From assembly GCF_034090835.1 (NCBI RefSeq), contig NZ_JAXDRS010000002.1, positions 741 through 64,740 of the forward strand: 64,000 bases of DNA, in the 5' to 3' direction. The notes beneath the pieces were generated by a model that saw nothing but the letters and a program-made list of their open reading frames with translations, searched no databases and was not told the DNA's origin. The DNA is from Evtepia sp. (GTDB lineage Bacteria; Bacillota; Clostridia; Oscillospirales; Oscillospiraceae). Both the position numbers and the translations under genes were made by a program. Positions 8,687-19,099 of this stretch are shown piece by piece; position 1 is the first letter of the stretch, and the number at the start of each line of letters is the position of its first letter.

Positions 8687-10435
8687 TCATTCTGTTTTTT
8701 CCGGTTTTTCTCCTGTGGTGGTTGTGTTTTCCTGAGGAGGCGCCGCGGTGTCGGGGCTGCCGATGGCCAGCGAGAGGGCCTTCACGATTTTTTCGTCCTT
8801 TTGATCCAGACTGGTCTGAATGGTGACGGTATCCCCTACGTTCAAAATTACGACATTGGGATTCATGGAGGCCGGGAGGGAATAGAAGGTGTCCGCTCCG
8901 TCCAGACGGATATAATACCAGGAGTTTCCTTCGATAACGGCGGTACGAATCTCTGCGATCACCCCTGTTTTCTCCGTCTGGTCAACGATGTCCTGATCGC
9001 CATCCGTTTCGATGGGAATGCCCGATTGTTTCAGCTTGGCGATATAGTCGTTTTCGCAGGCGGCCACGGTGTCTCCTGTGGCAACGACTCGATACTGGGA
9101 GACGTTGACCATGGCGTACATTTTCACCAGGTCCGAGCTGTCCTTCATGGACATAAAGTAGGTGGGCTGTCCTGCCACGTTCAAGAGCAGGGGGAAGGTG
9201 GCCTTATAGCCCAAGTCCTGCACCACACCTTCGGCCGAGCTTTGGGCGGAGGCTTCAATGGCGCCCGGCACCGAATAGAATTTGGTTTCCTTGGTTCTCT
9301 GGTTGGAGAGGAGGAAGCCGATATTGGACTGGTCGCCGCTCACCGACGTGATGCCCGTGTACATATAGACATCGCCGTTCATGGCCAGGTAGTTATAGTC
9401 TGCGGTGGTGACGGTCACGTCTTTTTGTCCGATGAGAGAGTTGATGAACCCCTTCACATAGGTGCCATAGTAATCATACTGCTTGGCGATCAGGTTCGCG
9501 GAGTAGACACGGTCCACCCAGGAGGGGATATCCTGAATATCGTAGTACATGTGTTCACCGGTGCAGGCGTTGAGAAGCACGGCGCCAACGATGTCTGCGC
9601 CGCCGAAGAGTCCGATGGTGCGGGTCTCTCGGGGGCAGACCCACCAGGGCTGACCGTCCTCATCGATTTCCAGGTGGGCAGAGCTGAACATGAAGGTGGG
9701 ATAGCGGAAGCGCAGGGCGCGGTTCAAGTCCCGGTTAAAATACTCCGAGGGAGAGTAACGCATCCCTTCCAGACCCAGAGAGGAGAGACGGACCACCTGG
9801 GCTTCCTGGGTCACCATATCCACGGTGATATAAGCGGGAAGGCCTTCTTTGGTGTTGATGAACCACTTGAAGAAGTCTCCGTATTCCAGGGATGCCACGC
9901 GAACGGGGCGGCCCTGATAATTGATCTGGGTGTAGTCATAGGCCACTTCGAACTGGCTGACCATATCAGACAGTTCGCCCAGCTTTCTGTTGCCGATGGT
10001 TCTGGCGGAAGACTCATCGAGCATAGGTATCTCGTTGTAAGACACCTGTTCGATATCGGTGGAAAAGTCACCCTGCTCCACCTGCAAAAGATTGTGGTAG
10101 GACCCGGCCCGGAAGACAGGCAAAGAGATGATCTGGCCAACGATGAAGAGAACGATGAAGGCCAACACAATGATGACCACCACTTTGCACTGATTCTTTG
10201 CAAAGGAGAGGTAGTCTTTCAGGTTGATGCCCTGGCTTCCCGTGTCGATCCCCAGGGTGATCATAAAGACCAGGATGTAAACCAGGAGAAGGACCAGAAC
10301 AAAGCTGTAAAACCCTGTGTTGTGGAGATTGATGGCCGGCAGGGAGACGTAGAACCAGATCCCGCCAATGACCAAAGTGATGAGCAGGCTGATCAACATG
10401 CGCGGCATCGTTCGTTTTGCCTGACTATCTGACAT
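8687..10435 (-). CDS. conserved membrane-anchored protein of Clostridia, function unknown
   Basis: 582 aa, three N-terminal TM segments and a large soluble domain (IPSWVDRVYSA); RBS AAGGAG. Confidence 0.75.
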   Translation of the reverse strand: MSDSQAKRTMPRMLISLLITLVIGGIWFYVSLPAINLHNTGFYSFVLVLLLVYILVFMITLGIDTGSQGINLKDYLSFAKNQCKVVVIIVLAFIVLFIVGQIISLPVFRAGSYHNLLQVEQGDFSTDIEQVSYNEIPMLDESSARTIGNRKLGELSDMVSQFEVAYDYTQINYQGRPVRVASLEYGDFFKWFINTKEGLPAYITVDMVTQEAQVVRLSSLGLEGMRYSPSEYFNRDLNRALRFRYPTFMFSSAHLEIDEDGQPWWVCPRETRTIGLFGGADIVGAVLLNACTGEHMYYDIQDIPSWVDRVYSANLIAKQYDYYGTYVKGFINSLIGQKDVTVTTADYNYLAMNGDVYMYTGITSVSGDQSNIGFLLSNQRTKETKFYSVPGAIEASAQSSAEGVVQDLGYKATFPLLLNVAGQPTYFMSMKDSSDLVKMYAMVNVSQYRVVATGDTVAACENDYIAKLKQSGIPIETDGDQDIVDQTEKTGVIAEIRTAVIEGNSWYYIRLDGADTFYSLPASMNPNVVILNVGDTVTIQTSLDQKDEKIVKALSLAIGSPDTAAPPQENTTTTGEKPEKTE

Positions 10436-10590
10436 AATGGACTCCTTTCAGAACGATAAAAATGGATGAATATGGGTATTATAGCCTATTCTATGGAAAA
10501 AAGCAATTGTTTCAGTTTGACATCCTACTGAAATCATGGCAAAATAACAACATACACTCTGATTGCGCGATGAAAAAAGGGGGCGTACCT

Positions 10591-11280
10591 TTGGTTCAAC
10601 TGGAGTTAACAGGAAACCTGCACGACTTGAATGTACTGTCTGTCTTTGTGCGCCTGGCGCTGGCGATGGCCTTTGGAGGGACCATTGGATTTGAACGGGG
10701 CATCCGGCAAAGAGCGGCAGGACTGCGCACCCATATGCTGCTGTGCGTGGGTTCCGCCTCTACGATGCTGGTGAGCCAATACATCTATGCCAGCTATGGG
10801 GTGGGGGACCCCGCTCGTTTGAGCGCACAGGTCATCAGCGGCATTGGCTTTTTGGGCGCAGGTACCATCATCATCACTCGCCGTAACGAGATCAAAGGCC
10901 TGACCACAGCGGCCACACTCTGGGCCACGGCCTGCATGGGGCTGGCTGTTGGGGTCGGCTTCTATGAATGTGCCCTCATTATGTACATTCTTTTGATTTT
11001 TATCCTGATCTTTGTCAGTGTTCTGGACAACAAGTATCTGAAGATCCCCATCAGCACTGCATTATATCTGGAAGTGCGGCGGGACGTTGGTTTGGGGGAC
11101 GCCATCCAGTTCATTCACGAGATTGGGTGGCATGTGCGGGAAGTCAAGGAATTTCCCTCTGGCCGTGAGGATGTGCTGGCGGTTCGGATGGACTTGGAAT
11201 CCGATCAGGCCATGCGGGGCGATGTATCCACCATGGAACTGCTCCGGGAAAAAGACGGCGTGCTTCGCCTGGAAATGTAA
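10591..11280 (+). CDS. MgtC/SapB family membrane protein
   Basis: AGLRTHMLL, DPARLSAQVISGIGFLGAG, GLTTAA; probable TTG start after AGGGGG. Confidence 0.9.
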   Translation: MVQLELTGNLHDLNVLSVFVRLALAMAFGGTIGFERGIRQRAAGLRTHMLLCVGSASTMLVSQYIYASYGVGDPARLSAQVISGIGFLGAGTIIITRRNEIKGLTTAATLWATACMGLAVGVGFYECALIMYILLIFILIFVSVLDNKYLKIPISTALYLEVRRDVGLGDAIQFIHEIGWHVREVKEFPSGREDVLAVRMDLESDQAMRGDVSTMELLREKDGVLRLEM

Positions 11281-11288
11281 CGGAATAG

Positions 11289-11327
11289 GAAAAACAGCGG
11301 CGCTGGTTATGAAGCGCCGCTGTTTTT
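11289..11327. terminator. bidirectional terminator
   Basis: AAAAACAGCGGCGCT...AGCGCCGCTGTTTTT between convergent genes. Confidence 0.85.
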
Positions 11328-11331
11328 ATCG

Positions 11332-12006
11332 TTATCGATAGGGTTGTTGATTGTCATCGAAGATTTCTTTCCGGTGATAGGCGGAGTAGATAGGGGAGAA
11401 ATCCGGATACTCCTTTAAAAAACCTTTCATCAAAACGTCTGGATTCAGACCGGGATTCTGGGCTTTCAGCAGAAGGGTCAGGAACAACAGGTTTCCATCC
11501 GGACGGCTCTCTTCCACTGCTTCGACTAAGGGAATCACGTCCACTTCCGTAAACCCGCTTTTTGCTTTCTTACTGCGCTTCTGTACCACAAAGCGCTCTC
11601 GGCTGGTCAACTCCTGAAAGGCCTGTCCGGCGGCTTCGGCCACAGGTTCTGCAAACTCCAGCATGATCTCATACCGGACCGAAGTGAGCTTTCGGAAGGG
11701 AAGCCCCCCATCGTAACAGCGCAGAACATGGATCCCTGCGGGAAGGGCTGCGTTCATCCGGTCCGGCAGTTCTTCCATGGTGCATCCGGATACCAGTCCG
11801 AACTCCAAAATCTCACAGTCGCTGGAAAAGCCCAGAGACAGGGGGAGGGGAATGGAAACATAGGGATGGGGATGAAAGCCCTCTGTGTGCCGGATGGCAA
11901 TGCCTGCCCGGAGGAAGGCCCGCTCCATAGTGTGTATCAGGTCCAGGTGGGAGATATACTTGGCCGTTCCAGATTTGGAAAACAGGATTCTTTGATCATT
12001 GGCCAT
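11332..12006 (-). CDS. radical SAM-linked protein (TIGR03936-like)
   Basis: FSKSGTAKYISHLD and EGFHPHP motifs; overlaps the end of the radical SAM gene. Confidence 0.9.
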   Translation of the reverse strand: MANDQRILFSKSGTAKYISHLDLIHTMERAFLRAGIAIRHTEGFHPHPYVSIPLPLSLGFSSDCEILEFGLVSGCTMEELPDRMNAALPAGIHVLRCYDGGLPFRKLTSVRYEIMLEFAEPVAEAAGQAFQELTSRERFVVQKRSKKAKSGFTEVDVIPLVEAVEESRPDGNLLFLTLLLKAQNPGLNPDVLMKGFLKEYPDFSPIYSAYHRKEIFDDNQQPYR

Positions 12007-13837
12007 GGCAGATCCCTCCTTCGCACAGATGATTGGCGCCGCAGCCGGAACATTTCACCCGGCAGTCCGGCGTAATGACCCCTTGATACGCAGCTTCCCG
12101 CTCCTTCCAGAGATAGCTCTCCTTGACGCCGTCAGAAATTACATGCCAGGGAAGGATTTCCTCCTTGTCCCGCACCCGGTGGGCATAGAAGGAAGGGGAG
12201 AGGCCGCAGGCATCAAAGGCGTCCAGCCAGGTTTGCAGGGAGAAGTACTCGCTCCAGGAATCAAACTTTGCGCCGTTTTTCCAAGCGGTTTCTATGACAT
12301 CGGCCATTCTGCGGTCCCCTCGGGAGAGGGCAGCTTCCAGGAAGCTGGTCTCCGGATCGTGCCAGTTATAGGTGATGGATTTGTTCCGGAGATGCTCCCG
12401 AAGGAGGGTCACTTTCCGCAGGTATTCCTCCATGGTGTTCTGGGCTTCCCACTGGAAGGGGGTGTGGGATTTGGGCACAAAGCAGGAGGTAGAGACTGTG
12501 ATCCGCACGCCCCGGGAGCGGTTAGGGGTGCTGTTGCGCCAGACGTGGTAAACCTTGTTGGCCAGGTCAGCGATCCCAAGGACGTCTTCGTCGGTCTCCG
12601 TAGGCAGACCCAACATAAAGTAGAGCTTGACGCTGCTCCATCCCCCTTCAAAGGCAGTGCGGCAGGAGTTAAGCAGATCCTCTTCCGTGACGTTTTTATT
12701 GATGGCATCCCGCAGACGCTGAGAGCCCGCCTCCGGCGCAAAGGTGAGCCCACTCTTTCTTCCCCCCTGCTGGAGCTTCTCCATGAGGTTCATGGAGAAA
12801 TTGTCCGCCCGGAGGGAGGGAAGAGAAATACTGATCTTGCGGGGCTGGCAAAAATCCAACAGTTCGTCGCAGAGAGGAAGCAGGTCTGGATAGTCGCTGG
12901 AGGACAGACTCATAAGGGTCATTTCCTGATATCCGGAGTCCTGACAGGCATCGATCCCCTGCTGGGCCAACAGGTCGTGGCTTCTGCCGCGGACCGGACG
13001 ATACACAAACCCGGCCTGGCAGAACCGACAGCCACGGATACAGCCCCGGAAGAGCTCCAGCATCACCCGGTCGTGGGTAATCTCCGTGGAGGGAACGATG
13101 GTTTTCACGGGATAGTAGGAGGCATCCATATCCGATACCAGGCGCTTGGTGACCACCTTGGGGGCGACGTCCCGGGGAAGGATCTCCCGAATGGTCCCAT
13201 CCTCGTGGTAGGAAACCGTATAGAGGGAGGGAACGTAAATGCCGGAGATCTGGGCGGCGGCGGTGAGCAGCTGTTCTTTGGTCCAGCCCTCTTTCTTGGC
13301 TTTCCGATAGAGCTGGATGAGCTCTACGTTTACCTCTTCTCCTTCCCCCAGGATCACAACATCCAGAAAGGGGGCCAGAGGCTCAGGGTTATAGGTGCTG
13401 GTCCCCCCGGCGATGATGAGGGGGGTCAGGCCGGGACGGTCCTCGCTGCGCAGAGGGATCCCTGCCAGATCCAGCAGGTTCAGCACATTGGTATAGGCCA
13501 TCTCATAGCCCAGAGAGAACCCGATGATATCAAAGTCGGCCACAGGGTCGCCGCTCTCCAGAGCATAAAGGGGGAGCCCCTCCTTACGCATTTCGTCTTC
13601 CATATCCCCCCAGGGGGCAAAGACCCGTTCGCACCAGACGCCTTCCATCTCATTCATGACACCGTAGAGGATGCGAAGGCCCAGGTTGGACATTCCGATC
13701 TCATACGTATCCGGAAAACAGAAGGCAAAGCGGCAGTCTACGGTCTCTTTGTCCTTGTGGATGGCGTTGTATTCTCCGCCCACATAGCGGCCTGGCTTTT
13801 GAACCCGCGCCAGGATGCGTTCCAGTTTATGATCCAT
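11996..13837 (-). CDS. B12-binding radical SAM protein (TIGR03960-like)
   Basis: RGCIRGCRFCQAG (CxxxCxxC) and PDTYEIGMSNLG; start MDHKLE with RBS GGAGG. Confidence 0.92.
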   Translation of the reverse strand: MDHKLERILARVQKPGRYVGGEYNAIHKDKETVDCRFAFCFPDTYEIGMSNLGLRILYGVMNEMEGVWCERVFAPWGDMEDEMRKEGLPLYALESGDPVADFDIIGFSLGYEMAYTNVLNLLDLAGIPLRSEDRPGLTPLIIAGGTSTYNPEPLAPFLDVVILGEGEEVNVELIQLYRKAKKEGWTKEQLLTAAAQISGIYVPSLYTVSYHEDGTIREILPRDVAPKVVTKRLVSDMDASYYPVKTIVPSTEITHDRVMLELFRGCIRGCRFCQAGFVYRPVRGRSHDLLAQQGIDACQDSGYQEMTLMSLSSSDYPDLLPLCDELLDFCQPRKISISLPSLRADNFSMNLMEKLQQGGRKSGLTFAPEAGSQRLRDAINKNVTEEDLLNSCRTAFEGGWSSVKLYFMLGLPTETDEDVLGIADLANKVYHVWRNSTPNRSRGVRITVSTSCFVPKSHTPFQWEAQNTMEEYLRKVTLLREHLRNKSITYNWHDPETSFLEAALSRGDRRMADVIETAWKNGAKFDSWSEYFSLQTWLDAFDACGLSPSFYAHRVRDKEEILPWHVISDGVKESYLWKEREAAYQGVITPDCRVKCSGCGANHLCEGGICHGQ

Positions 13838-13961
13838 ACGGACCCTCCAAATCAGCGGGAGAGACCCCCGCGGGATAGTGACATAAAACAAAGTCATTAT
13901 AGCATAAAAACGGGGTTTGTGCAGACCTTTTTGCAGAAAGGGAGCGGGGTTTCCCGGGAGA

Positions 13962-14684
13962 TCAGTCCTGCGCCTCCTGGTTGTGGACCGAGACCGCGTG
14001 CTTCTTACAGATCCTCTGGTAGCAGAGCAGACCCAGCCCGCTGATCGCAAAGGTGAGGATAAAAACAACGACAGCAAAGAAATAGCTTTTGGTGCCCAGG
14101 GCATCGCCGCCCACGGCGGAGGTGACGATAGAGGGCAGGCGGCCCAGGGAACAGATCAGGAGAAAAGCCGGGAAACGGATCTCGGTGAGACCGGCAAAAT
14201 AGCAGAGAAGATCCTTCGAGGTACCGGGGATCATGAATACAATCAGGTACAGGAAGGTACGCCGAGGCGAATACTGCAAAAAACGCACGGAGTGAAGTTT
14301 TTCCTGAGAGAAAAACAGAGTGACCAGCCGCACACCAAACCGCCGCACCAGGAAAAAGATCAAAATGCTGCCCACCGTGGCGGAAGCCAGGCAGAGAAGT
14401 GTCCCTTCCAGGGCGCCAAAGGCATATCCGCCGGCGATCTCCAGAGGCTCGCCGGGAATGACGGCCACGATCACCTGAAGAAACACCATAGCCATGTAGA
14501 GAAAGCGGCCGCTCGTGCGGCGCTCAGCCAGCCAAAGCCGGAATTTCTCCGGATCAGAGGCCAGGGTGACCATGGGAACGCCGATCTTCCAGAAAACCAA
14601 AACACTGAGCACGGCCAGAAGGAGCAGGATGCCCAGAGCAAGCCGTTTCTTCCATGGTTCTGACAGGGGATGCTTCTGTCTCAT
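13962..14684 (-). CDS. DedA/VTT (TVP38-like) membrane protein
   Basis: QVIVAVIPGEPLEIAGGYAFG; ATGA overlap with the upstream GNAT stop. Confidence 0.85.
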   Translation of the reverse strand: MRQKHPLSEPWKKRLALGILLLLAVLSVLVFWKIGVPMVTLASDPEKFRLWLAERRTSGRFLYMAMVFLQVIVAVIPGEPLEIAGGYAFGALEGTLLCLASATVGSILIFFLVRRFGVRLVTLFFSQEKLHSVRFLQYSPRRTFLYLIVFMIPGTSKDLLCYFAGLTEIRFPAFLLICSLGRLPSIVTSAVGGDALGTKSYFFAVVVFILTFAISGLGLLCYQRICKKHAVSVHNQEAQD

Positions 14685-15247
14685 CGCAGTTGTCCCCCTT
14701 CCCATTTTTGGATCCAGCGGGTACGGGAGAGGTAGGAGACATGTTCGGTGCGTACCTCATGCAGCAGCGGGACCGGAACGGTCCGACTGTACTGGGGGAG
14801 AAAACCGCACTTCTCCTGGACCCGTTGGGATTTTCGGTTGCCGTCGTAGTGCCCGCACCAAAGTCCAGGGCAGCCAAGCTCCAGGAAGCAATGGCGGAGC
14901 ACAGCCTGTACCCCTTCCGGAATGAGTCCCTGCCCCCAGTAGGGCCCCCCGACCCAATAGCCCAGCTCGCCCTCCCCCGGGGAGAGGGGGAGATTGGCCT
15001 GGTCCCCCCAGAGAACGCCGATGCATCCCACCGGCTCTTCGGTTTGGCGCAGGACAACCGCATAGATCTCCGGAGCCGAGAAGACTGTTTCAATGATGGT
15101 TTTGCTCTCCTGCACACTGCTGTGGGGAGGCCAGCCTGCTGCAGGGCCAATGCGCGGATCTTTGGCATATCTGTACAGAGCCTCCGAATCGGAGGGCTCC
15201 CACGGTCTGAGAATCAAACGATCGGTTTCCATCTGCAAGGGATCCAC
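14681..15247 (-). CDS. RimJ/RimL-type GNAT acetyltransferase
   Basis: METDRLILRPW, ELGYWVGGPYWGQG, NRKSQRVQEKCGF. Confidence 0.9.
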   Translation of the reverse strand: MDPLQMETDRLILRPWEPSDSEALYRYAKDPRIGPAAGWPPHSSVQESKTIIETVFSAPEIYAVVLRQTEEPVGCIGVLWGDQANLPLSPGEGELGYWVGGPYWGQGLIPEGVQAVLRHCFLELGCPGLWCGHYDGNRKSQRVQEKCGFLPQYSRTVPVPLLHEVRTEHVSYLSRTRWIQKWEGGQLR

Positions 15248-15367
15248 CTTCTTTCATGACTGCTTAGGACCTGTTATAACTCAATGGCTTCTGCCTGTCA
15301 ATAGGTTGGAGGAAGAGGAAAAAGCGGCGCTGCCGGAACGCAACCGGCAGCGCCGAAAACAGGGGGC

Positions 15368-16081
15368 TTATATACGGTCTTGGATGGTCTTCCAAAGGGG
15401 AAGAGAGAGAAAACTCCCTTCTACATGGGACTCCATGGTCAAAAACCGTTGATAGGGCATAGAGAAGGACAGCAGGTCTTTGCTCAGGTGGACCCGGCCG
15501 GAAGGGTCGGTGATACCAATGGTACACCAGTCATTGCCCTCCTCACTGTCGCACACAGAGTAGAGGACAGACTGGGCACAGCCGGCGCCAAAACGGATCT
15601 TTACGCTGTCCTGTATGGGCTGGTCGTAGCTTGCCAGCGTGACAAGGCCGGAAAGCTGGTCTGCATTGACCAGAAAGATGACCGAGACCGGCGTCTCTTC
15701 GGGTGTGAGTTCATGCAAAGGTTTGAACACGAGGCAGGGCGCAGGCGATGCCTTCGGCAGGCTTTGGACGTAGGCATCGCCCAGGGCATGATCCTTCTTA
15801 TAGCGGAGCCCGGGCAGGGCCTGGTTTCCGTTGGAGAGAAAGTAAGCCAGAGAGTCCGGAGGATCGGAAACAAAGCCCAACCCGACCTTCCCACCGGAAC
15901 ACCCCTTCTCTTCTGCCATGAACACAACGGTTTCTCCTCGTGCTGCCTCTTCGATCCCGGCGATCACACAGCCGGGACGGGATTTGTGCAGCGCGGCATA
16001 CCCAAGGGGGAGGGCGGGAAAGCGCAGGACAGCAACCGGGTGCAGTTCCATTTTCAGCGCTTCTCGGAGTTTGCTTTCCAT
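15368..16081 (-). CDS. DUF169 family protein
   Basis: Cys-containing motifs GCV, GCSGG, GAGCAQ; NADQLSGL; LSFSMP. Confidence 0.75.
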   Translation of the reverse strand: MESKLREALKMELHPVAVLRFPALPLGYAALHKSRPGCVIAGIEEAARGETVVFMAEEKGCSGGKVGLGFVSDPPDSLAYFLSNGNQALPGLRYKKDHALGDAYVQSLPKASPAPCLVFKPLHELTPEETPVSVIFLVNADQLSGLVTLASYDQPIQDSVKIRFGAGCAQSVLYSVCDSEEGNDWCTIGITDPSGRVHLSKDLLSFSMPYQRFLTMESHVEGSFLSLPLWKTIQDRI

Positions 16082-16082
16082 G

Positions 16083-18317
16083 TTATTCCTGCCTTTCTTC
16101 CCGGTCTCTTCTGATGTACTCTGTCAGGACCTGCCGGTTGACCGCTTCCATCTGACGGAGCTTGTCCACACTTTCAGAGAGGAAGAGAGGATCATTGCTT
16201 CTGGAGACTGCACCGTCAATGAGTTCTTTCAGTCTTGGTTCGGTCAGCGTATTCAGATCTTCGTAAAGATCCTGCCCCACGTAAGAGAGGAAGGAGCTCA
16301 CTTTTTGGTCGTAAACTATCCCTACCAGGGGCACGCCCTGGCCGGCGGCGAAAATCAGACCGTGCAGACGCATGGAGACCACCACCTGCATCCGGGAGAG
16401 GATGCCGATGGTCTGGGCAGCGGTGTAGGCATCCTTGATGATATGGCTGGGGTGCTGCATCTTCTGGATGACCCGCTGGGCCGCAGCAACGTCCAGACGG
16501 GGCTCGATGGGGAAGAATACCGGCGTCAGACCGTAGGTCGCATAGACGTAGTCGGCCGCGGCCGCCAGTGCGTCCACCTTGTCCTCAAAGCCGGGCCACG
16601 GGCGGAGAACAAAGCCAATATAGTTCCCCCGGGGCGGGATACCGCAGCTGTCCAGAATACCATCCACCACATCAGAGGGCGCGGCAGGGAGGATCACAGT
16701 GGTGTCTGCGGACAGGGAGATGGAAGGCCGGGTCACCCCCAGCACCTCCAGCTCTTTTTTGGAGTCGGGGTCTCGGAGGGTGATGGAATCCACGCAGCGG
16801 TTCATCACCTGAGTGGCCCGCTTCCGGTTCCTGCTGTTGCGGATAGGGCCAATGCCGCAGCCGTACATGACCACAGGACAACCGCTGCGTTTTGCGGCAG
16901 TCAGGGTCCAGAGGTAGAACCAAAGGGACCGGTAGGACGTAACGTCCTGCATGAGGGACCCGCCGCCGTTAATGAAGAGTTTTGCGTGCTTGAAATAGTA
17001 GAGGGCTTTCCAGAAATGGAAGGTATAGAAGGCATTGACCCGATAGTTCATTCTGGTATCCAGGGGATTTCTGGAGAAGACCTGGAAGGAGAGGTCAGGG
17101 TCGATCTCCCGCAGCTCAGAGAGGATCGCCAGTAAGATGGCGTCGTCGCCTGCGTTGCCCCGTCCATAGGCGCCGCAGATCACCACCCGGTCTCTGCCCT
17201 TGCGCTCATAGCGAAGAATGGTTTCGTAGATCTCCAGCTGGCGCTGAATGGTTGCGTCGATGGAAAAGTCCCGCTTGCCCTTTTCATAGAGACGCTGCCC
17301 CATGGTTCTCCGCAGGGCGAGGTCTTTGGCCAGCGTCAGCAGATGGTTTGCCAGATCCTCTGCGTTGCCTGCTGGGAAGAGGAAGCCGTTGGACCCGTGA
17401 TCGATGAGATAGGATACGCCGCCCACCTTGCTGCTCACTGTGGGCAGAGCAGCCCGGGCCCCTTCCGTCAAAGCATAGGGGAAGGTCTCCGAGATAGAGG
17501 TCAGGGTGTTGATATCAATGGCGTGATAAAAAGAGTCGGTGTCCGAGATCCAACCGGCAAAGCAGACCTCTTTGGACACCCCCAAATCCTTGGCCAGCTT
17601 TTTCAGGTTCTCCAGCTCCTCGCCGTCACCGGCGATGAGCAGGCGCAGGGCAGGGAAGGAGGCGTGGGCGATGGCAAAGCCACGAATGAGGGTGGCAATG
17701 TCTTTCACAGGATTCAGGCGGGCTGCGATCCCGGCCACCACACAAGTGTCGTCGGCGTCCAGCCCCACGGAGCGGAAAAATGTCTGGCGGTCCATGGCAG
17801 GTGTGCGAGGGGTGAAATCCAGACCGTTGTAAATGGAAAACAGCCGTTCCGGGTCAAACCCTCTGGAGATCAAAAGATCCACCATGGCGTCGGATACGCC
17901 GATGCGATAGTCGATCCGGCGCAGAGCAAAGGTGTTGATGGTCCCGTAAGTCACCCGGGAAACAGGGCGGCCCAGGTAGTCCAGGCGATAGTCGCTGTGG
18001 ACGGTAGAGACCGTGGGCAGGCCGGTCTTCCGGGCCAGCAGGGCAGACATCATATTTCCTCGTGCGCCGTGGCTGTGAATGATGTCGTACTTCTCTTCTT
18101 TTACCATCCGAACCAGTTTCTTGAGGGTGGAGAGGAAGTTATGCCCGGTGATCACCTGGGTATCGATGCCAAGGGCTCTGGCTTCCTGGGTAAAGGGGCC
18201 CTCTGTAAAACAAACCATACGGACCTGGATCTTGGGCGTAAGGCCGGCAAGCAGGGTGTGAACATGGGTCTTGGCCCCGCCGGTATCTCCGCCGCTGATG
18301 AGATGGAGCACTTTCAT
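16083..18317 (-). CDS. csaB: GT4 glycosyltransferase fused to polysaccharide pyruvyl transferase CsaB
   Basis: N-terminal half is GT4 (ETFPYALTEG); C-terminal half has GAYGRGNAGDDAIL, GGGSLMQDVTS, MRLHGLI. Confidence 0.85.
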   Translation of the reverse strand: MKVLHLISGGDTGGAKTHVHTLLAGLTPKIQVRMVCFTEGPFTQEARALGIDTQVITGHNFLSTLKKLVRMVKEEKYDIIHSHGARGNMMSALLARKTGLPTVSTVHSDYRLDYLGRPVSRVTYGTINTFALRRIDYRIGVSDAMVDLLISRGFDPERLFSIYNGLDFTPRTPAMDRQTFFRSVGLDADDTCVVAGIAARLNPVKDIATLIRGFAIAHASFPALRLLIAGDGEELENLKKLAKDLGVSKEVCFAGWISDTDSFYHAIDINTLTSISETFPYALTEGARAALPTVSSKVGGVSYLIDHGSNGFLFPAGNAEDLANHLLTLAKDLALRRTMGQRLYEKGKRDFSIDATIQRQLEIYETILRYERKGRDRVVICGAYGRGNAGDDAILLAILSELREIDPDLSFQVFSRNPLDTRMNYRVNAFYTFHFWKALYYFKHAKLFINGGGSLMQDVTSYRSLWFYLWTLTAAKRSGCPVVMYGCGIGPIRNSRNRKRATQVMNRCVDSITLRDPDSKKELEVLGVTRPSISLSADTTVILPAAPSDVVDGILDSCGIPPRGNYIGFVLRPWPGFEDKVDALAAAADYVYATYGLTPVFFPIEPRLDVAAAQRVIQKMQHPSHIIKDAYTAAQTIGILSRMQVVVSMRLHGLIFAAGQGVPLVGIVYDQKVSSFLSYVGQDLYEDLNTLTEPRLKELIDGAVSRSNDPLFLSESVDKLRQMEAVNRQVLTEYIRRDREERQE

Positions 18318-18403
18318 ACAGACGCCTCCGAAAAAAGACTTGTGAAATACGAGATAATATTATACAATGGTTTGGAAAAATGGTCAAGCAACGGAGGTTT
18401 ACC

Positions 18404-18922
18404 ATGAGTGTCATCGACAAAAAAGGAAAGTTGTTCGGCAAACTGAATATCATTGACTTGATTGCGATCATCCTGATTCTCGCAGTGATCGCTCTCTTGG
18501 GATATAAGCTGACATCCAACCGCGGACCCATCGGCGGCGCAGGCGTCCCCGTGGTCTACACCGTAGAGGTAAAGGGTGTAGACGAAGAGGTCTACCAATT
18601 CATCGAGAGCCAGCTGCCCAGCCAGCTGATGGCATCCAATGAAATGCTGGATGCCAAAATCACCAAAGTGGAAGCCACCCCGGTGACGGAAACAGAGTAC
18701 ATGCTGGAGGTTCAGCCTGGGACCACGGCGGCGACCCTGAAGCTCCGGGAAGCAGGAGACTATGACCTTGTCTTCACCATCGAGGGAACAGTCAAGAACA
18801 ACCTGACCAGTGAATTGGGCACCCAGGAGATCCGGGTGGGCAAGTCTCACATCGTGAAAACCGATACATTTGAACTGGAAGGCGGCGTGATCCTCTCCTG
18901 CGAGAGAGGAAGCGCACAGTAA
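18404..18922 (+). CDS. DUF4330-like protein
   Basis: IDKKGKLFGKLNIID N-terminus, one TM, GTQEIRVG. Confidence 0.75.
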   Translation: MSVIDKKGKLFGKLNIIDLIAIILILAVIALLGYKLTSNRGPIGGAGVPVVYTVEVKGVDEEVYQFIESQLPSQLMASNEMLDAKITKVEATPVTETEYMLEVQPGTTAATLKLREAGDYDLVFTIEGTVKNNLTSELGTQEIRVGKSHIVKTDTFELEGGVILSCERGSAQ

Positions 18923-18954
18923 CCCCTTTTCCAGGGGACTCAGTGTGTCACAAC

Positions 18955-19001
18955 AATCCCCCTTGAACCGGCAGACCCGCCGGCTCAAGGGGGATTCTTT
19001 T
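18955..19001 (+). terminator. terminator
   Basis: AATCCCCTTGA...TCAAGGGGGATT stem followed by CTTTT. Confidence 0.65.
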
Positions 19002-19099
19002 CACGAAAAAACCAGCCTGCGCCAGCCGGGCCACCGATTCAGGGCGCAGCAGTCCGTGGGTACCAGAGAGAAGGGGGCGTCCCATCCGGGTCCCTTTCC

